Shown: positions 51,006-61,332, numbered from the stretch's first letter. The stretch is 64,000 nt of DNA from an uncultured Eubacteriales bacterium (GCA_949294665.1 CASFID010000055.1:4772-68771), one strand, 5' to 3'. Numbers and translations are program-made. The notes: generated from the sequence alone by a model not told the origin.

Positions 51006-51788
51006 ATGATGGTGAACAAGGTAGAACTGTGCGGAGTAAATACATCGAAACTCCCGCTCTTAAAAGAGGAGGAGAAAGAGGAGCTGTTTGAAAGGATCAA
51101 AGCCGGGGATGAGGAAGCCAGAGAGAAATACATCAAGGGAAATTTAAGGCTGGTCTTAAGCGTGATCAAGAGATTTGAGGGCAGCAGTGAAAATGCGGAC
51201 GATCTCTTCCAGATCGGATGCGTCGGACTTATGAAGGCCGTGGACCATTTTGATCCGTCCAGGCTGGTGAAATTCTCCACATACGCAGTGCCCATGATCA
51301 TCGGAGAGATACGGCGCTATCTGAGGGATAACAGTCCGATACGTGTGAGCAGGTCTCTCAGGGATACGGCATATAAAGCAATCTATGCGAAGGAAGGATA
51401 TATCAGACAGCATATGAAAGAGCCGACCGTACAGGAGATCGCAGACGAGATCGGGATCGCGAAAGAGGATGTCGTGTTCGCGCTGGATGCGATCCAGAAT
51501 CCGATGAGCCTGCAGGAACCGGTATACAGCGACGGAGGAGATACGCTGTATGTGATGGATCAGGTGAGCGATAAGAAGAACAGGGAGGAAAACTGGGTGG
51601 AAGAGCTTTCTCTGGAGGCGGCAATGGAGCGGCTTAACGAGAGGGAGCGCTATATCATAACGCTCCGGTTTTTTGAGGGAAAGACACAGATGGAGGTGGC
51701 TGAGCAGATCCATATTTCCCAGGCTCAGGTCAGCCGGCTGGAGAAAAACGCGCTGAAGACAATGCGCAGATATCTTCTTGGAGAGTAA
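51006..51788 (+). CDS. sigG: Sporulation sigma factor SigG
   Basis: NKVELCGVNTSKLP N-terminus, DDLFQIGCVGL, FSTYAVPMIIGEIRRYLRDN, SQAQVSRLEK. Confidence 0.94.
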   Translation: MMVNKVELCGVNTSKLPLLKEEEKEELFERIKAGDEEAREKYIKGNLRLVLSVIKRFEGSSENADDLFQIGCVGLMKAVDHFDPSRLVKFSTYAVPMIIGEIRRYLRDNSPIRVSRSLRDTAYKAIYAKEGYIRQHMKEPTVQEIADEIGIAKEDVVFALDAIQNPMSLQEPVYSDGGDTLYVMDQVSDKKNREENWVEELSLEAAMERLNERERYIITLRFFEGKTQMEVAEQIHISQAQVSRLEKNALKTMRRYLLGE

Positions 51789-51896
51789 AAGGCGGAAGAT
51801 AAAAGTATTTCCGGTGAATCAGAGAAAAGAATTGAAATTTTCGCGGCTTCATACTATCATATAGAAAGATCATTAAGAGAGAGGATGGGAGAAGTC

Positions 51897-52589
51897 ATGT
51901 ATAAAGCGTGTGTATTTGATCTGGACGGAACATTGACGGATACGCTGGAATCTCTGAACTATTCTGTAGGCCTTACGATGAGGGAGATCGGACTGCCGCC
52001 GATCACAGAAGAGCAGTGCCGGGAATTTGTCGGAAATGGGGCGAAAGTGCTCATCGAGAAAGCGCTCCGGGCAGCAGGCGACGACGGACTGACACATTTT
52101 GACGAGGCGCTCGCGGCTTATCTGCGCATCTTTGACGAGAACTGTACTTATCATGTGGCGCCGTATAAAGGAATCCCTCAGATGCTGGCAGAGATGAAAG
52201 AGGCAGGCATGAAGCTGGGAGTTCTCTCCAACAAGCCCGACAGGCAGGCCGTCCATGTAGTGGAAGAGATTTTCGGAAAAGATACATTCGATCTTGTACA
52301 GGGACAGAAGGAAGGCGTTCCCAGAAAACCGGATCCCTCCGCGCTGCTTTCTATTGGAGAGCAGTTTGGAGCAGAACCGGAGGAGACGCTCTACGTCGGT
52401 GATTCCGAGGTGGACGCGGCCACGGGAAAAGCAGCTCATATGGACACCATTCTCGTATCATGGGGGTTCAGGGACCGCGAAGTCCTCGAGGCGGCGAAGC
52501 CCCTGAAGATTGCAGATACTACAGAGGAGATCCTTGAGATCGTCAGAAACGGGAGGGAAAAATGTTTGAGTACAGTGAAGAGTGTCTGA
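51897..52589 (+). CDS. HAD-family hydrolase (phosphoglycolate phosphatase-like)
   Basis: FDLDGTL, SNK, KPDP, YVGDS. Confidence 0.9.
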   Translation: MYKACVFDLDGTLTDTLESLNYSVGLTMREIGLPPITEEQCREFVGNGAKVLIEKALRAAGDDGLTHFDEALAAYLRIFDENCTYHVAPYKGIPQMLAEMKEAGMKLGVLSNKPDRQAVHVVEEIFGKDTFDLVQGQKEGVPRKPDPSALLSIGEQFGAEPEETLYVGDSEVDAATGKAAHMDTILVSWGFRDREVLEAAKPLKIADTTEEILEIVRNGREKCLSTVKSV

Positions 52590-52825
52590 AGACATTTTTA
52601 AGAGAGCAGAACAAGCTGTTTGACGAACCTGTGGCGGAGACGCTGGAAGAGGCGGAAGCGTTTCTTGAAGACTGCATGGCAGTCGTTGTCGATTCGCTGG
52701 AAGAAGTCCGGGAGTATTTTGAGGAAGAAGGAGTGGATGTCGACGGGCTCTCGCCGGAGGAACTGGCGGAGGCTTCGGAGGTGTTTGAACTCCCCGACGG
52801 GACTTATCTGATCGTGGAGGGGTAG
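52562..52825 (+). CDS. Small highly acidic hypothetical protein
   Basis: GGAGG RBS, 87 aa, overlaps the HAD gene 3' end. Confidence 0.75.
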   Translation: MFEYSEECLKTFLREQNKLFDEPVAETLEEAEAFLEDCMAVVVDSLEEVREYFEEEGVDVDGLSPEELAEASEVFELPDGTYLIVEG

Positions 52826-52869
52826 CCGGAAGACCGGACAGGACGGATCATCCGTGGAGAAGCCGCAGT

Positions 52870-53304
52870 TCATTCGACTGCGGCTTTTTCAACGGCGTCC
52901 CGGATCGCGTCCAGTATGATCTGAGAAGTATAGGGGGTATCCTCCGACAGTGTGACTTCGTCCAGAGACTGCGTCTCGTAGACCTGCTCTGCAATTTCTT
53001 CTATGGCGGGCTGGATGAGCGGATACATTGTCGTCACTGTCTCGTCCAGATTGGAAAAACGTATCGAGTTGATATGAGATTCATCTACGGAGACTTCCAC
53101 CTCAAGGTTCGTATTGTTCAGAGTGAGGGAGGATGTATAGATGCCCGGGGTGTAGCGCCTGCCGGTATCTGTGATGCTCTCGTCCCCGTCCGGCCGGAAC
53201 ATGATGACCAGAAGGACGATCAGGATGATCCCCAGTGCTGCGAAGATGGCCGTATATATGATCTCTTTCATATGAAGGACGACGATTTTAGTTCTGGAAC
53301 CCAT
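52870..53304 (-). CDS. Membrane-anchored FMN_bind-like hypothetical protein
   Basis: GGAGG RBS; TM then YTPGIYT..EVEVSV..TSQIILDAI. Confidence 0.7.
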   Translation of the reverse strand: MGSRTKIVVLHMKEIIYTAIFAALGIILIVLLVIMFRPDGDESITDTGRRYTPGIYTSSLTLNNTNLEVEVSVDESHINSIRFSNLDETVTTMYPLIQPAIEEIAEQVYETQSLDEVTLSEDTPYTSQIILDAIRDAVEKAAVE

Positions 53305-53356
53305 AGAGTTACCTCCCGATTTGGCTGCCGTTTCTACGGCGGTCTGCTTTTTTATA

Positions 53357-53386
53357 AGTGTATGACCAAAAAAGGGAAAATATTCA
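53357..53386 (-). promoter_or_regulatory. Candidate SigE promoter
   Basis: TGAATATT-14-CATACACT on the minus strand. Confidence 0.5.
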
Positions 53387-53504
53387 CAGGTTTATGCGTG
53401 ACAAAGAGGCGGTGATACTGTAAAATAGCTTTGCGGAAGCGGCGCGCCGCCGGCACGCGGGAGAATAAAATCCGGGACAACGGCGGCGGGAAAGGATAAA
53501 AGGC

Positions 53505-54086
53505 ATGTTTATTATAGTGGGACTTGGAAATCCTGACAGACAGTATGAAGGGACAAGACATAATGTGGGATTTGACGTGATAGACCGGCTCGCAGATAGA
53601 TACCATATATCGGTGGATGCAAGAAAGCACAGGGCGCTCCTCGGGAAAGGGATCATCGAGGGGCAGAAAGCCGTTCTTGCAAAGCCTCAGACTTATATGA
53701 ACCTGAGCGGGGAAAGCATCAGGAGTCTTGTAGACTATTATAAGATCGATGCGGAGCATGAACTGCTTGTCATCTACGACGATGTCAATCTCGGCGTGGG
53801 ACAGCTGCGGATACGAGAGAAAGGCAGTGCAGGGGGACATAACGGTATTAAAAATATCATCTCCTGTCTCGGAACCCAGGTGTTTCCCAGGATACGGGTG
53901 GGAGTGGGCGAAAAGCCGCCCAGATATGATCTGGCGGATTACGTGCTCGGGCATTTTACAAGGACGGAGAGAGAGCAGATGGATGAAGGGTACGACAACG
54001 CCGTGCAGGCGGCAGGTCTTATCCTGACAGGGCGCATCGGAGACGCCATGAGCGAATATAATAGGAAAAAGAAAGAACAGGCATAA
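53505..54086 (+). CDS. pth: Peptidyl-tRNA hydrolase
   Basis: GLGNP, TRHNVGF, KPQTYMNLSG, GGHNG. Confidence 0.97.
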   Translation: MFIIVGLGNPDRQYEGTRHNVGFDVIDRLADRYHISVDARKHRALLGKGIIEGQKAVLAKPQTYMNLSGESIRSLVDYYKIDAEHELLVIYDDVNLGVGQLRIREKGSAGGHNGIKNIISCLGTQVFPRIRVGVGEKPPRYDLADYVLGHFTRTEREQMDEGYDNAVQAAGLILTGRIGDAMSEYNRKKKEQA

Positions 54087-54118
54087 GAGGATGCGACGAA
54101 TCAGGGAGAGGAAAGAGT

Positions 54119-57100
54119 ATGCAGGCTTTGCTGGCTCCGCTGGCTGAACTGGCGGAATATCAGGAGATACTAAGAGACAGGAAAAAAGAAAACGGCATGA
54201 TACAGATCGCGGGCTGTGTTCATTCACAGAAAACGCATCTGATGTATGCTCTGGGCGATGGCTTTCAATACAGGGTCATCGCTTTTTCCAGTGAGGAAAA
54301 AGCAAAAAAAGCCTATGAGGAATATCAGATCTTTACCGAGAACGTATATCTCTATCCCGCCAGAGATCTGCTCTTCTACCATGCGGATATTAAGGGACGG
54401 CTGCTGACAGACCGGCGTATGTCTGTGCTGCGCGCCCTTATCGAGAAAGACAGTTCGCAGCCTGTCACAGTGATCACTACGATGGACGCATTCCTCGACG
54501 GACTTGCCCGGCCGTCAGAACTTGAAAGTCAGAGACTCACACTGGAAGGTGGAGATGTGACGGATCTGACGGAGCTTGAGACGCGGCTGACAGCCATGGG
54601 ATACGAGAGAGAAAGCCAGATCGAGGGACCGGGCCAGTTTGCGGTCCGCGGCGGTATCGTGGACGTATTTCCCCTCACGGAGGAGCTGCCGGTCAGGATC
54701 GAGTTATGGGGGGATGAGATCGATTCGCTTAGAAGTTTTGATGTGGAGAGTCAGCGTTCGGTAGAGAACAGAAACAGTATCACGATCTATCCTGCGTCGG
54801 AGAACTGGCGCAAAGATATGGAGACAGTCCCGTTTCTGTCATATTTTCCTGTGGAAGAGAGCATCCTCTTTCTGGATGAGCCGCAGAGACTGCAGGAAAT
54901 GGCCGAGACTGTGGAGCAGGAGTATTTCCACAGCAGAGAGAACCGGACGGACTCCGGTATGGACGAGAAAGAGGAGTCGCTGACCGTCTATGAGACGAGA
55001 GATATCATCAGCCGGATGAACGGATACTGCGGGATCGCGCTCACGACGCTTGAAGCAAAATGCGGGCTTTTCAGGGTGCGCCGGGTGTACAGTATACAGA
55101 CGAAGGGCGTCAATCCGTACAATAACAGCTTTGAGTTACTTACGCGCGATCTTAAGAGACTTAAGAGGAGCGGATACCGGGCAGTGCTCCTTTCAGGCTC
55201 GCGCACAAGGGCAAAGAGACTTGCCGAGGATCTGAGAGATTATGATCTGAGCAGCTTTTACAGCGACGATATGGACCGGGAGGTAAAACCCGGGGAGATC
55301 ATGGTCGCATGCGGATATATTTCGGAAGGGTACGAGTACCCGATGCTCAAGTTTATCGTCATCTCAGAGTCGGATATTTTCGGCAGAAAGAAGAAAAAGA
55401 AACGCCGGAGAAGGTATGAAGGGCAGAAGATCCAGGATTTTGCCGAACTCAAACCCGGTGACTATGTCGTTCACGAGAACCATGGGATCGGCATCTACGA
55501 AGGGATCGAAAAGATCGAAGTGGAGAAAGTCGTCAAGGATTATATGAAGATATCTTATGCGGACGGCGGGGTACTTTATATCCCGGTGGCTCAGATGGAT
55601 CTCATCCAGAAGTATGCCGGGGCGGATGCGAAAAAGCCGAGGCTTAACAAGCTGGGGACCGTGCAGTGGGGCAGAACAAAGACACAGGTAAAAAAGGCTG
55701 TCCGAGAGGTGGCCGAAGATCTGGTCAGACTGTACGCCGCAAGACAGAACGCCGAGGGGTTCGTATATGGCCCTGACACGGTCTGGCAGAAAGAATTTGA
55801 AGAGATGTTCCCGTTTGAGGAGACGGAGGACCAGGTCCAGGCGATCGAGGATACGAAGCACGACATGGAGAGCACAAAGATCATGGACCGTCTGATCTGC
55901 GGCGACGTGGGATACGGTAAGACGGAGGTGGCGATACGCGCGGCGTTCAAGGCGGTCCAGGAGGGCAGGCAGGTTGTGTATCTTGTGCCGACTACGATAC
56001 TTGCGCAGCAGCATTACAACACCTTCGTCCAGCGGTTTAAGGATTTCCCTGTGCGTATTGACCTGCTGTGCCGTTTCCGGTCTTCCTATCAGCAGAAGAA
56101 GACGGTGGAGGATTTAAAGAAAGGCCTGGTCGATATCGTGATCGGGACGCACCGCGTACTTTCAAAGGATGTGGGATATAAAGATCTCGGACTTCTTATC
56201 ATCGATGAAGAACAGCGGTTCGGAGTTGCGCATAAGGAGAAGATCAAGAAACTCAAAGAGAATGTGGATGTCCTCACACTCACCGCCACGCCTATTCCGA
56301 GAACGCTGCACATGAGCCTGATCGGGATCAGGGATATGAGCGTCCTCGAAGAGGCGCCCCAGGACCGTATGCCGATCCAGACTTATGTGATGGAATACAA
56401 CGAGGAGATGGTCCGGGAGGCGATTGAGAGAGAACTCTCCCGCGGCGGTCAGGTCTATTATGTATATAACCGTGTCAGCGACATTGCCGATGTGGCGGGA
56501 CGCCTGCAGAGACTCCTGCCGGAGGTGAATATATCCTATGCCCACGGACAGATGCGGGAGCGGCAGCTGGAGGATATCATGTACGATTTTATCAACGGTG
56601 ATATCGACGTCCTTGTGACTACGACGATCATCGAGACAGGACTGGATATCCCGAATGCGAATACGATGATCATACAGGATGCGGACCGCTTCGGGCTGTC
56701 TCAGCTCTACCAGCTCAGGGGACGTGTGGGAAGGTCTAACCGCATGGCGTATGCGTTCCTTCTCTACCGCAGGGATAAGCTTTTAAAAGAAGTGGCGGAG
56801 AAGCGTCTGTCAGCAATCCGGGAGTTTACAGATCTTGGTTCCGGCATCAAGATCGCCATGCGCGACCTTGAGATACGCGGGGCGGGGAATCTGCTGGGCG
56901 AGGCGCAGAGCGGCCATATGGAGGCGGTAGGATACGATCTCTACTGCAAAATGTTAAACGAGGCGGTTCTCCAGCTCAAAGGCGGCGGTCAGGAGGAGAG
57001 TTTTGCGACGGCTGTCGATCTGAACATCGACGCGTACATCCCTGACTCCTACATCAGGAATGAGTATCAGAAACTGGATATCTACAGGCGCATCGCGGCG

Positions 57101-57469
57101 ATCGAGACCGAAGAAGAACTCGACGACATGACGGAGGAGCTCATCGACCGATTTGGAGATATCCCGAAGAAAGTTCAGCAGCTCCTTCACATCGCGGCCC
57201 TCAAGAGTCTTGCGCATTCGGCCTATGTGACGGCGGTGGAGCAGAAAGGAGAAGACATCCGTTTCACCATGTACGAGAGAGCGAAGATCGATCCCCGGAA
57301 AATACCGGCGCTTCTCGATTCATACCGGAACAGTCTCATATTCCGGACAGAGGAACCGCCTTATTTTCTTTACCAGAAAAAGGGAAGGAGCAAAAAGGAA
57401 GACGGCACAGACGTTCTGGAACTCGTAAAGAGAGTGCTCGAGGATATCAGGAAGCTTGCGGTTTCGTGA
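54119..57469 (+). CDS. mfd: Transcription-repair coupling factor
   Basis: VVHENHGIG, GDVGYGKT, DEEQRFG, TATPIPRT, RDLEIRGAGN. Confidence 0.97.
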   Translation: MQALLAPLAELAEYQEILRDRKKENGMIQIAGCVHSQKTHLMYALGDGFQYRVIAFSSEEKAKKAYEEYQIFTENVYLYPARDLLFYHADIKGRLLTDRRMSVLRALIEKDSSQPVTVITTMDAFLDGLARPSELESQRLTLEGGDVTDLTELETRLTAMGYERESQIEGPGQFAVRGGIVDVFPLTEELPVRIELWGDEIDSLRSFDVESQRSVENRNSITIYPASENWRKDMETVPFLSYFPVEESILFLDEPQRLQEMAETVEQEYFHSRENRTDSGMDEKEESLTVYETRDIISRMNGYCGIALTTLEAKCGLFRVRRVYSIQTKGVNPYNNSFELLTRDLKRLKRSGYRAVLLSGSRTRAKRLAEDLRDYDLSSFYSDDMDREVKPGEIMVACGYISEGYEYPMLKFIVISESDIFGRKKKKKRRRRYEGQKIQDFAELKPGDYVVHENHGIGIYEGIEKIEVEKVVKDYMKISYADGGVLYIPVAQMDLIQKYAGADAKKPRLNKLGTVQWGRTKTQVKKAVREVAEDLVRLYAARQNAEGFVYGPDTVWQKEFEEMFPFEETEDQVQAIEDTKHDMESTKIMDRLICGDVGYGKTEVAIRAAFKAVQEGRQVVYLVPTTILAQQHYNTFVQRFKDFPVRIDLLCRFRSSYQQKKTVEDLKKGLVDIVIGTHRVLSKDVGYKDLGLLIIDEEQRFGVAHKEKIKKLKENVDVLTLTATPIPRTLHMSLIGIRDMSVLEEAPQDRMPIQTYVMEYNEEMVREAIERELSRGGQVYYVYNRVSDIADVAGRLQRLLPEVNISYAHGQMRERQLEDIMYDFINGDIDVLVTTTIIETGLDIPNANTMIIQDADRFGLSQLYQLRGRVGRSNRMAYAFLLYRRDKLLKEVAEKRLSAIREFTDLGSGIKIAMRDLEIRGAGNLLGEAQSGHMEAVGYDLYCKMLNEAVLQLKGGGQEESFATAVDLNIDAYIPDSYIRNEYQKLDIYRRIAAIETEEELDDMTEELIDRFGDIPKKVQQLLHIAALKSLAHSAYVTAVEQKGEDIRFTMYERAKIDPRKIPALLDSYRNSLIFRTEEPPYFLYQKKGRSKKEDGTDVLELVKRVLEDIRKLAVS

Positions 57470-57575
57470 TTTCTTTGTGATTCCTACTTGTTACTTCTCA
57501 TAAAAAACGCTATAATATACCAGTATATGCGGGGCAGATCAGTGAATTTATGTGCCCGGCAAAGAGGAGGCTATT

Positions 57576-58700
57576 ATGATACGTTTTGGAAAAAAAGCCG
57601 CAGTGCTGACGGCCGTGGGACTTCTGGGAACAGCGGGCGTTACGGGCTGCAGCGGCTCGATCGATACAGACGCAGTCGTCGCCACTGTAGGAGACGAAGA
57701 GATCACTCTGGGTATCGCCAATTTCTATGCGAGGATGATGCAGGGACAGTATGAGACATACTACGCAAGTATGATGGGTACCACCGGAGAAGAGATGTGG
57801 ACTCAGGAAGTGGGCGGCCAGACCTACGAGGATTCTGTGAAAGACAGCACCATGGAAATGCTCGAGGATCTCTACCTGATCTCACAGCATGCATCAGAAT
57901 ACGGGGTGACGCTGTCCGATGAAGAAAAAGACGCCATAGCCGACGCGGCGAAGCAGTTTGATGAGGACAACACGGCCGATGCGAAAGAAACCGTATCCGG
58001 CTACAGGAAAGATGTTGAGAAATATCTGGAGCTCGTCACGATCCAGTCCAGGATGGAGAGTAAGATGATGGAGGGCGTCGACGAGGAAGTTTCCGATGAG
58101 GAAGCCGCACAGAAGGCAATGAAGTATGTGTATTTCTCATATACAACTCCAGATGAGTCCGGCAGCTCCACAGAGCTTTCCGATGAGGAGAAAGAAGCCC
58201 TGGCGGCAGACGCGCAGACGCTGGCGGACAGAGTGGCAGCAGGAGAGGATATCTCGGAGGCAGCGGAGGAACTGGGACAGACGGCTTATGATCTGACCTT
58301 TGACTCGGAGAGCACAGGTCCGGACGAAGAGCTGATCGCGGCGGTGGATGCGATTGAGACAGAAGGGGAAGTCACGGCTCCGATCGAGACAGACGGGGGA
58401 ATCTATGTGGCTCAGCTCACCAGTCTTCTTGACCGGGACGCTACAGATCAGAAGAAAGAGGCCATCGTGCAGGAGCGCAGACAGGAGCAGTACGATTCGC
58501 TTCTTGAAGAATGGCGTGACGCCACAGACATCAAAGTCGATGAAAAGACATGGAACAAAGTGGATTTCGAGAAGGTAGGCGTTACGATCACTACCTCGGA
58601 GACAGGGGAGACGACAGACGGGGCGACGGACAGTACAGCAGACGGGACGACGGACGACACTGAGCCGGATGCCTCCGGCGAGGACGCCGCGGCAGAATAA
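57576..58700 (+). CDS. PrsA/SurA-like foldase lipoprotein
   Basis: Lipobox VTGC, VVATVG, PIETDGGIYV; position after mfd. Confidence 0.75.
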   Translation: MIRFGKKAAVLTAVGLLGTAGVTGCSGSIDTDAVVATVGDEEITLGIANFYARMMQGQYETYYASMMGTTGEEMWTQEVGGQTYEDSVKDSTMEMLEDLYLISQHASEYGVTLSDEEKDAIADAAKQFDEDNTADAKETVSGYRKDVEKYLELVTIQSRMESKMMEGVDEEVSDEEAAQKAMKYVYFSYTTPDESGSSTELSDEEKEALAADAQTLADRVAAGEDISEAAEELGQTAYDLTFDSESTGPDEELIAAVDAIETEGEVTAPIETDGGIYVAQLTSLLDRDATDQKKEAIVQERRQEQYDSLLEEWRDATDIKVDEKTWNKVDFEKVGVTITTSETGETTDGATDSTADGTTDDTEPDASGEDAAAE

Positions 58701-58714
58701 TACGAAAAAGCATT

Positions 58715-58747
58715 AAAAAACAGTGGCCGGAGAGCCACTGTTTTTTA
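58715..58747. terminator. Bidirectional intrinsic terminator
   Basis: aaaaaacagtggc-cggaga-gccactgttttttt. Confidence 0.85.
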
Positions 58748-58771
58748 TGAGAAAGTATACCTGTATGGGAC

Positions 58772-59257
58772 TCAGATATACTCAAGCTTTTCAAAATAGT
58801 GCATCAGGATGCCGGCACAGTTCTCCACGCCCAGTTCAGATGTGTCGAGGATCATGTGATAGTCGTTCACATCTCCCCAGGTCTTACCGGTGTGATCATA
58901 ATAATAGGAAGCTCTCTCTTCATCAGTCGTCTCCACTTTTTCCTTCGCCGCATCATAAGACAGACCCTCTTTCTCCATGATCCGGTGGATACGGTCTTCC
59001 TTGTCCGCACATACAAAAATATTAAGTACGTTCATCCGGTCCTTTAAGATATCAGAGGCACAGCGCCCGAGAATGATGCACGGCTGCTCGGCAAGCTTGC
59101 GGATGGCCTCTGCCTCGCTCTCATACATGTGGTCATGGAGCTTCTGCTCGATGTACGCCTTGTCATATACGGGAATGTTGAGCTGTTCGGAAAGTTCTTT
59201 TGCGATGATACTTGCACCGGTTCCGAAACGGCGGCTCATAGTGATTACTAATTTCAT
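58772..59257 (-). CDS. Cytidylate kinase-like family protein
   Basis: ITMSRRFGTG, IILGRCA, RASYY..TG..WG..YHMILD. Confidence 0.85.
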   Translation of the reverse strand: MKLVITMSRRFGTGASIIAKELSEQLNIPVYDKAYIEQKLHDHMYESEAEAIRKLAEQPCIILGRCASDILKDRMNVLNIFVCADKEDRIHRIMEKEGLSYDAAKEKVETTDEERASYYYDHTGKTWGDVNDYHMILDTSELGVENCAGILMHYFEKLEYI

Positions 59258-59299
59258 TAAGAACTCCTCCTTTGTAAACCTAAAATATGATGTAAGCTA

Positions 59300-60502
59300 T
59301 TATAGCACTTCTTCAGCGATTTGTCTGCCAAGAGATTTGATTTCTTCCATCTGCGCCTCTTTGACAGAAGATTTGATCGTGATGTTGGCCACCATAAGCG
59401 ACATATCTTTCATCCCGCTGATCTTTGTGCTTATGAGCTTCGTGCTCTGCGGAGCCCAGCTTCCGTTGCCGAGAACGGCTATCGTACGGTTCTTAAGCGC
59501 GAGGGCTTTCATATCCTCAAGATAGTTGTCCATGAGAGGATAGATGCCATTATTGTATGTAGGCGCTGCGAGCACGATATGACTGTACTTGAAGCTGTCG
59601 GCGATCAGTTCGGATACATGTGTCTTGGAGATATTGTGTACGCAGATATTTTTAACTCCTGCTCCGGCGAGTTCCATTGCCAGGAGATCCGCCATATTCT
59701 CAGTGTTTCCGTACATGGAGGCATATGCGATCATGACGCCTTTTACTTCCGGCTCGTATCTGCTCCATTTGTCATACTTGCCGATGATATAGTCCAGATC
59801 CGTCCTCCAGATAGGACCATGGAGCGGGCAGAGCATCCGGATGTCAAGTCCGGCAGCTTTTTTGAGTACGCTCTGCACCTGCATGCCGTATTTTCCAACG
59901 ATATTCGTGTAATACCGGCGCGCCTCGTCAAGCCAGTCTCTGTCGAAATCTACTTCGTCGTTGAAAATGTTGCCATTGAGCGCCTTGAAAGTTCCGAAAG
60001 CATCAGCGCAGAAGAGGATCCTGTCGTTCTCGTCGTATGTCATCATGACTTCCGGCCAGTGTACCATAGGAGCCATTACGAAATGGAGCGTATGTTTTCC
60101 TGAGGAGAAAGTATCCCCTTCCTTGACGATGACTTTTTTTCCTTCCAGATCAAAGTCAAAGAACTGATCGATCATGGGAAATGTCTTGGCGTTTCCTATG
60201 ATCTGCATATCGGGATAGCGCAGCACGAGCTCGCCGATCATGGCGCAGTGGTCCGGTTCCATGTGGTTTACGATAAGATAATCCAGCGTCCTTTCCCCCA
60301 GAACTGCCTGGACATTCTCCAGAAACTGGCGGCCTATCGAATAGTCGGCAGAGTCGAAAAGGACAGTCTTCTCATCAAGGAGAAGATAGGAATTGTAAGA
60401 TACTCCGTCTGAAAGCGGAAAAATGTTCTCAAACAGCTCGATCCTCCGGTCACTGCCGCCCACCCAGTACAGGTCTTCCGTTACTTTTCTAACACAGTGC
60501 AT
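59300..60502 (-). CDS. fprA: A-type flavoprotein / flavodiiron protein FprA
   Basis: NHMEPDH, HWPE, ADAFG, HGP, YASMYGNT flavodoxin domain. Confidence 0.93.
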   Translation of the reverse strand: MHCVRKVTEDLYWVGGSDRRIELFENIFPLSDGVSYNSYLLLDEKTVLFDSADYSIGRQFLENVQAVLGERTLDYLIVNHMEPDHCAMIGELVLRYPDMQIIGNAKTFPMIDQFFDFDLEGKKVIVKEGDTFSSGKHTLHFVMAPMVHWPEVMMTYDENDRILFCADAFGTFKALNGNIFNDEVDFDRDWLDEARRYYTNIVGKYGMQVQSVLKKAAGLDIRMLCPLHGPIWRTDLDYIIGKYDKWSRYEPEVKGVMIAYASMYGNTENMADLLAMELAGAGVKNICVHNISKTHVSELIADSFKYSHIVLAAPTYNNGIYPLMDNYLEDMKALALKNRTIAVLGNGSWAPQSTKLISTKISGMKDMSLMVANITIKSSVKEAQMEEIKSLGRQIAEEVL

Positions 60503-60530
60503 ATTTGTTTCCTCCTTGTTTATCGTAAGA

Positions 60531-60548
60531 TTGTGAATGAATAGACAA
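60531..60548. promoter_or_regulatory. Candidate Rex operator upstream of fprA
   Basis: TTGTGAA-tgaa-TAGACAA, two mismatches to TTGTGAA-N4-TTCACAA. Confidence 0.45.
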
Positions 60549-60675
60549 ATGTCAACGCCTATATTCTACCACAATCGAAGAAATTCGCAATATGCGTATT
60601 TATTTTCATACAAGGAACTGTTATCATAAAAAACAGGACTTTATTTTGTCCGAAAAAAGAAAGGGAGTGTGACCT

Positions 60676-61035
60676 ATGTTATTTATTTGTTATCCGAAAT
60701 GCAGCACCTGCAGAAAGGCTCAGAAGTGGCTGGATGAACAGGGAAAAGATTATGACGTCAGAGATATAAAGGAAGACAATCCTACGGCAGAAGAATTGAG
60801 AGACTGGTGGAAGAAAAGCGGTCTGCCGTTAAAACGATTCTTCAATACGAGCGGGAATCTGTATAAGGAAATGAAATTAAAAGACAGACTGCCCGGAATG
60901 AGCGAGGAAGAACAGATCCGCCTGCTCTCGTCAGACGGCATGCTCGTGAAACGTCCGATCCTTGCGGACAAAGAGACGGTCCTGGTAGGATTCAGGGAGA
61001 AGGAGTGGGAAGAAAAGCTGGCGGGGATCGAATAG
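60676..61035 (+). CDS. ArsC/Spx-family (YusI-like) protein
   Basis: CSTC, FFNTSG, LVKRP, VGF. Confidence 0.9.
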   Translation: MLFICYPKCSTCRKAQKWLDEQGKDYDVRDIKEDNPTAEELRDWWKKSGLPLKRFFNTSGNLYKEMKLKDRLPGMSEEEQIRLLSSDGMLVKRPILADKETVLVGFREKEWEEKLAGIE

Positions 61036-61332
61036 GTCCCCTTTTCCTGTTATTTTTGCGGCAGGGAGTCCTGCCGGTTACATCGTCATACTCTGCAGGA
61101 AAAACAAAAAGGCAATCATCTCTTGCATTTCATTGCGTTTTCTCGTTTTCTGTGTTATCGTTTCGGTACGGATACCGGAGGGATTCCCATCCTCCGTATC
61201 TTTACTGCTCTGAGGCGTCTCACCTTTGTTCCCACTGTATCAGGAAAATTTCCATATAAAAACAGGTCGGTCCAATAATGAGTCCGTTTTAATGGACATG
61301 TAAAAATGTATAATAAAAAAGCTAAAATGTTG

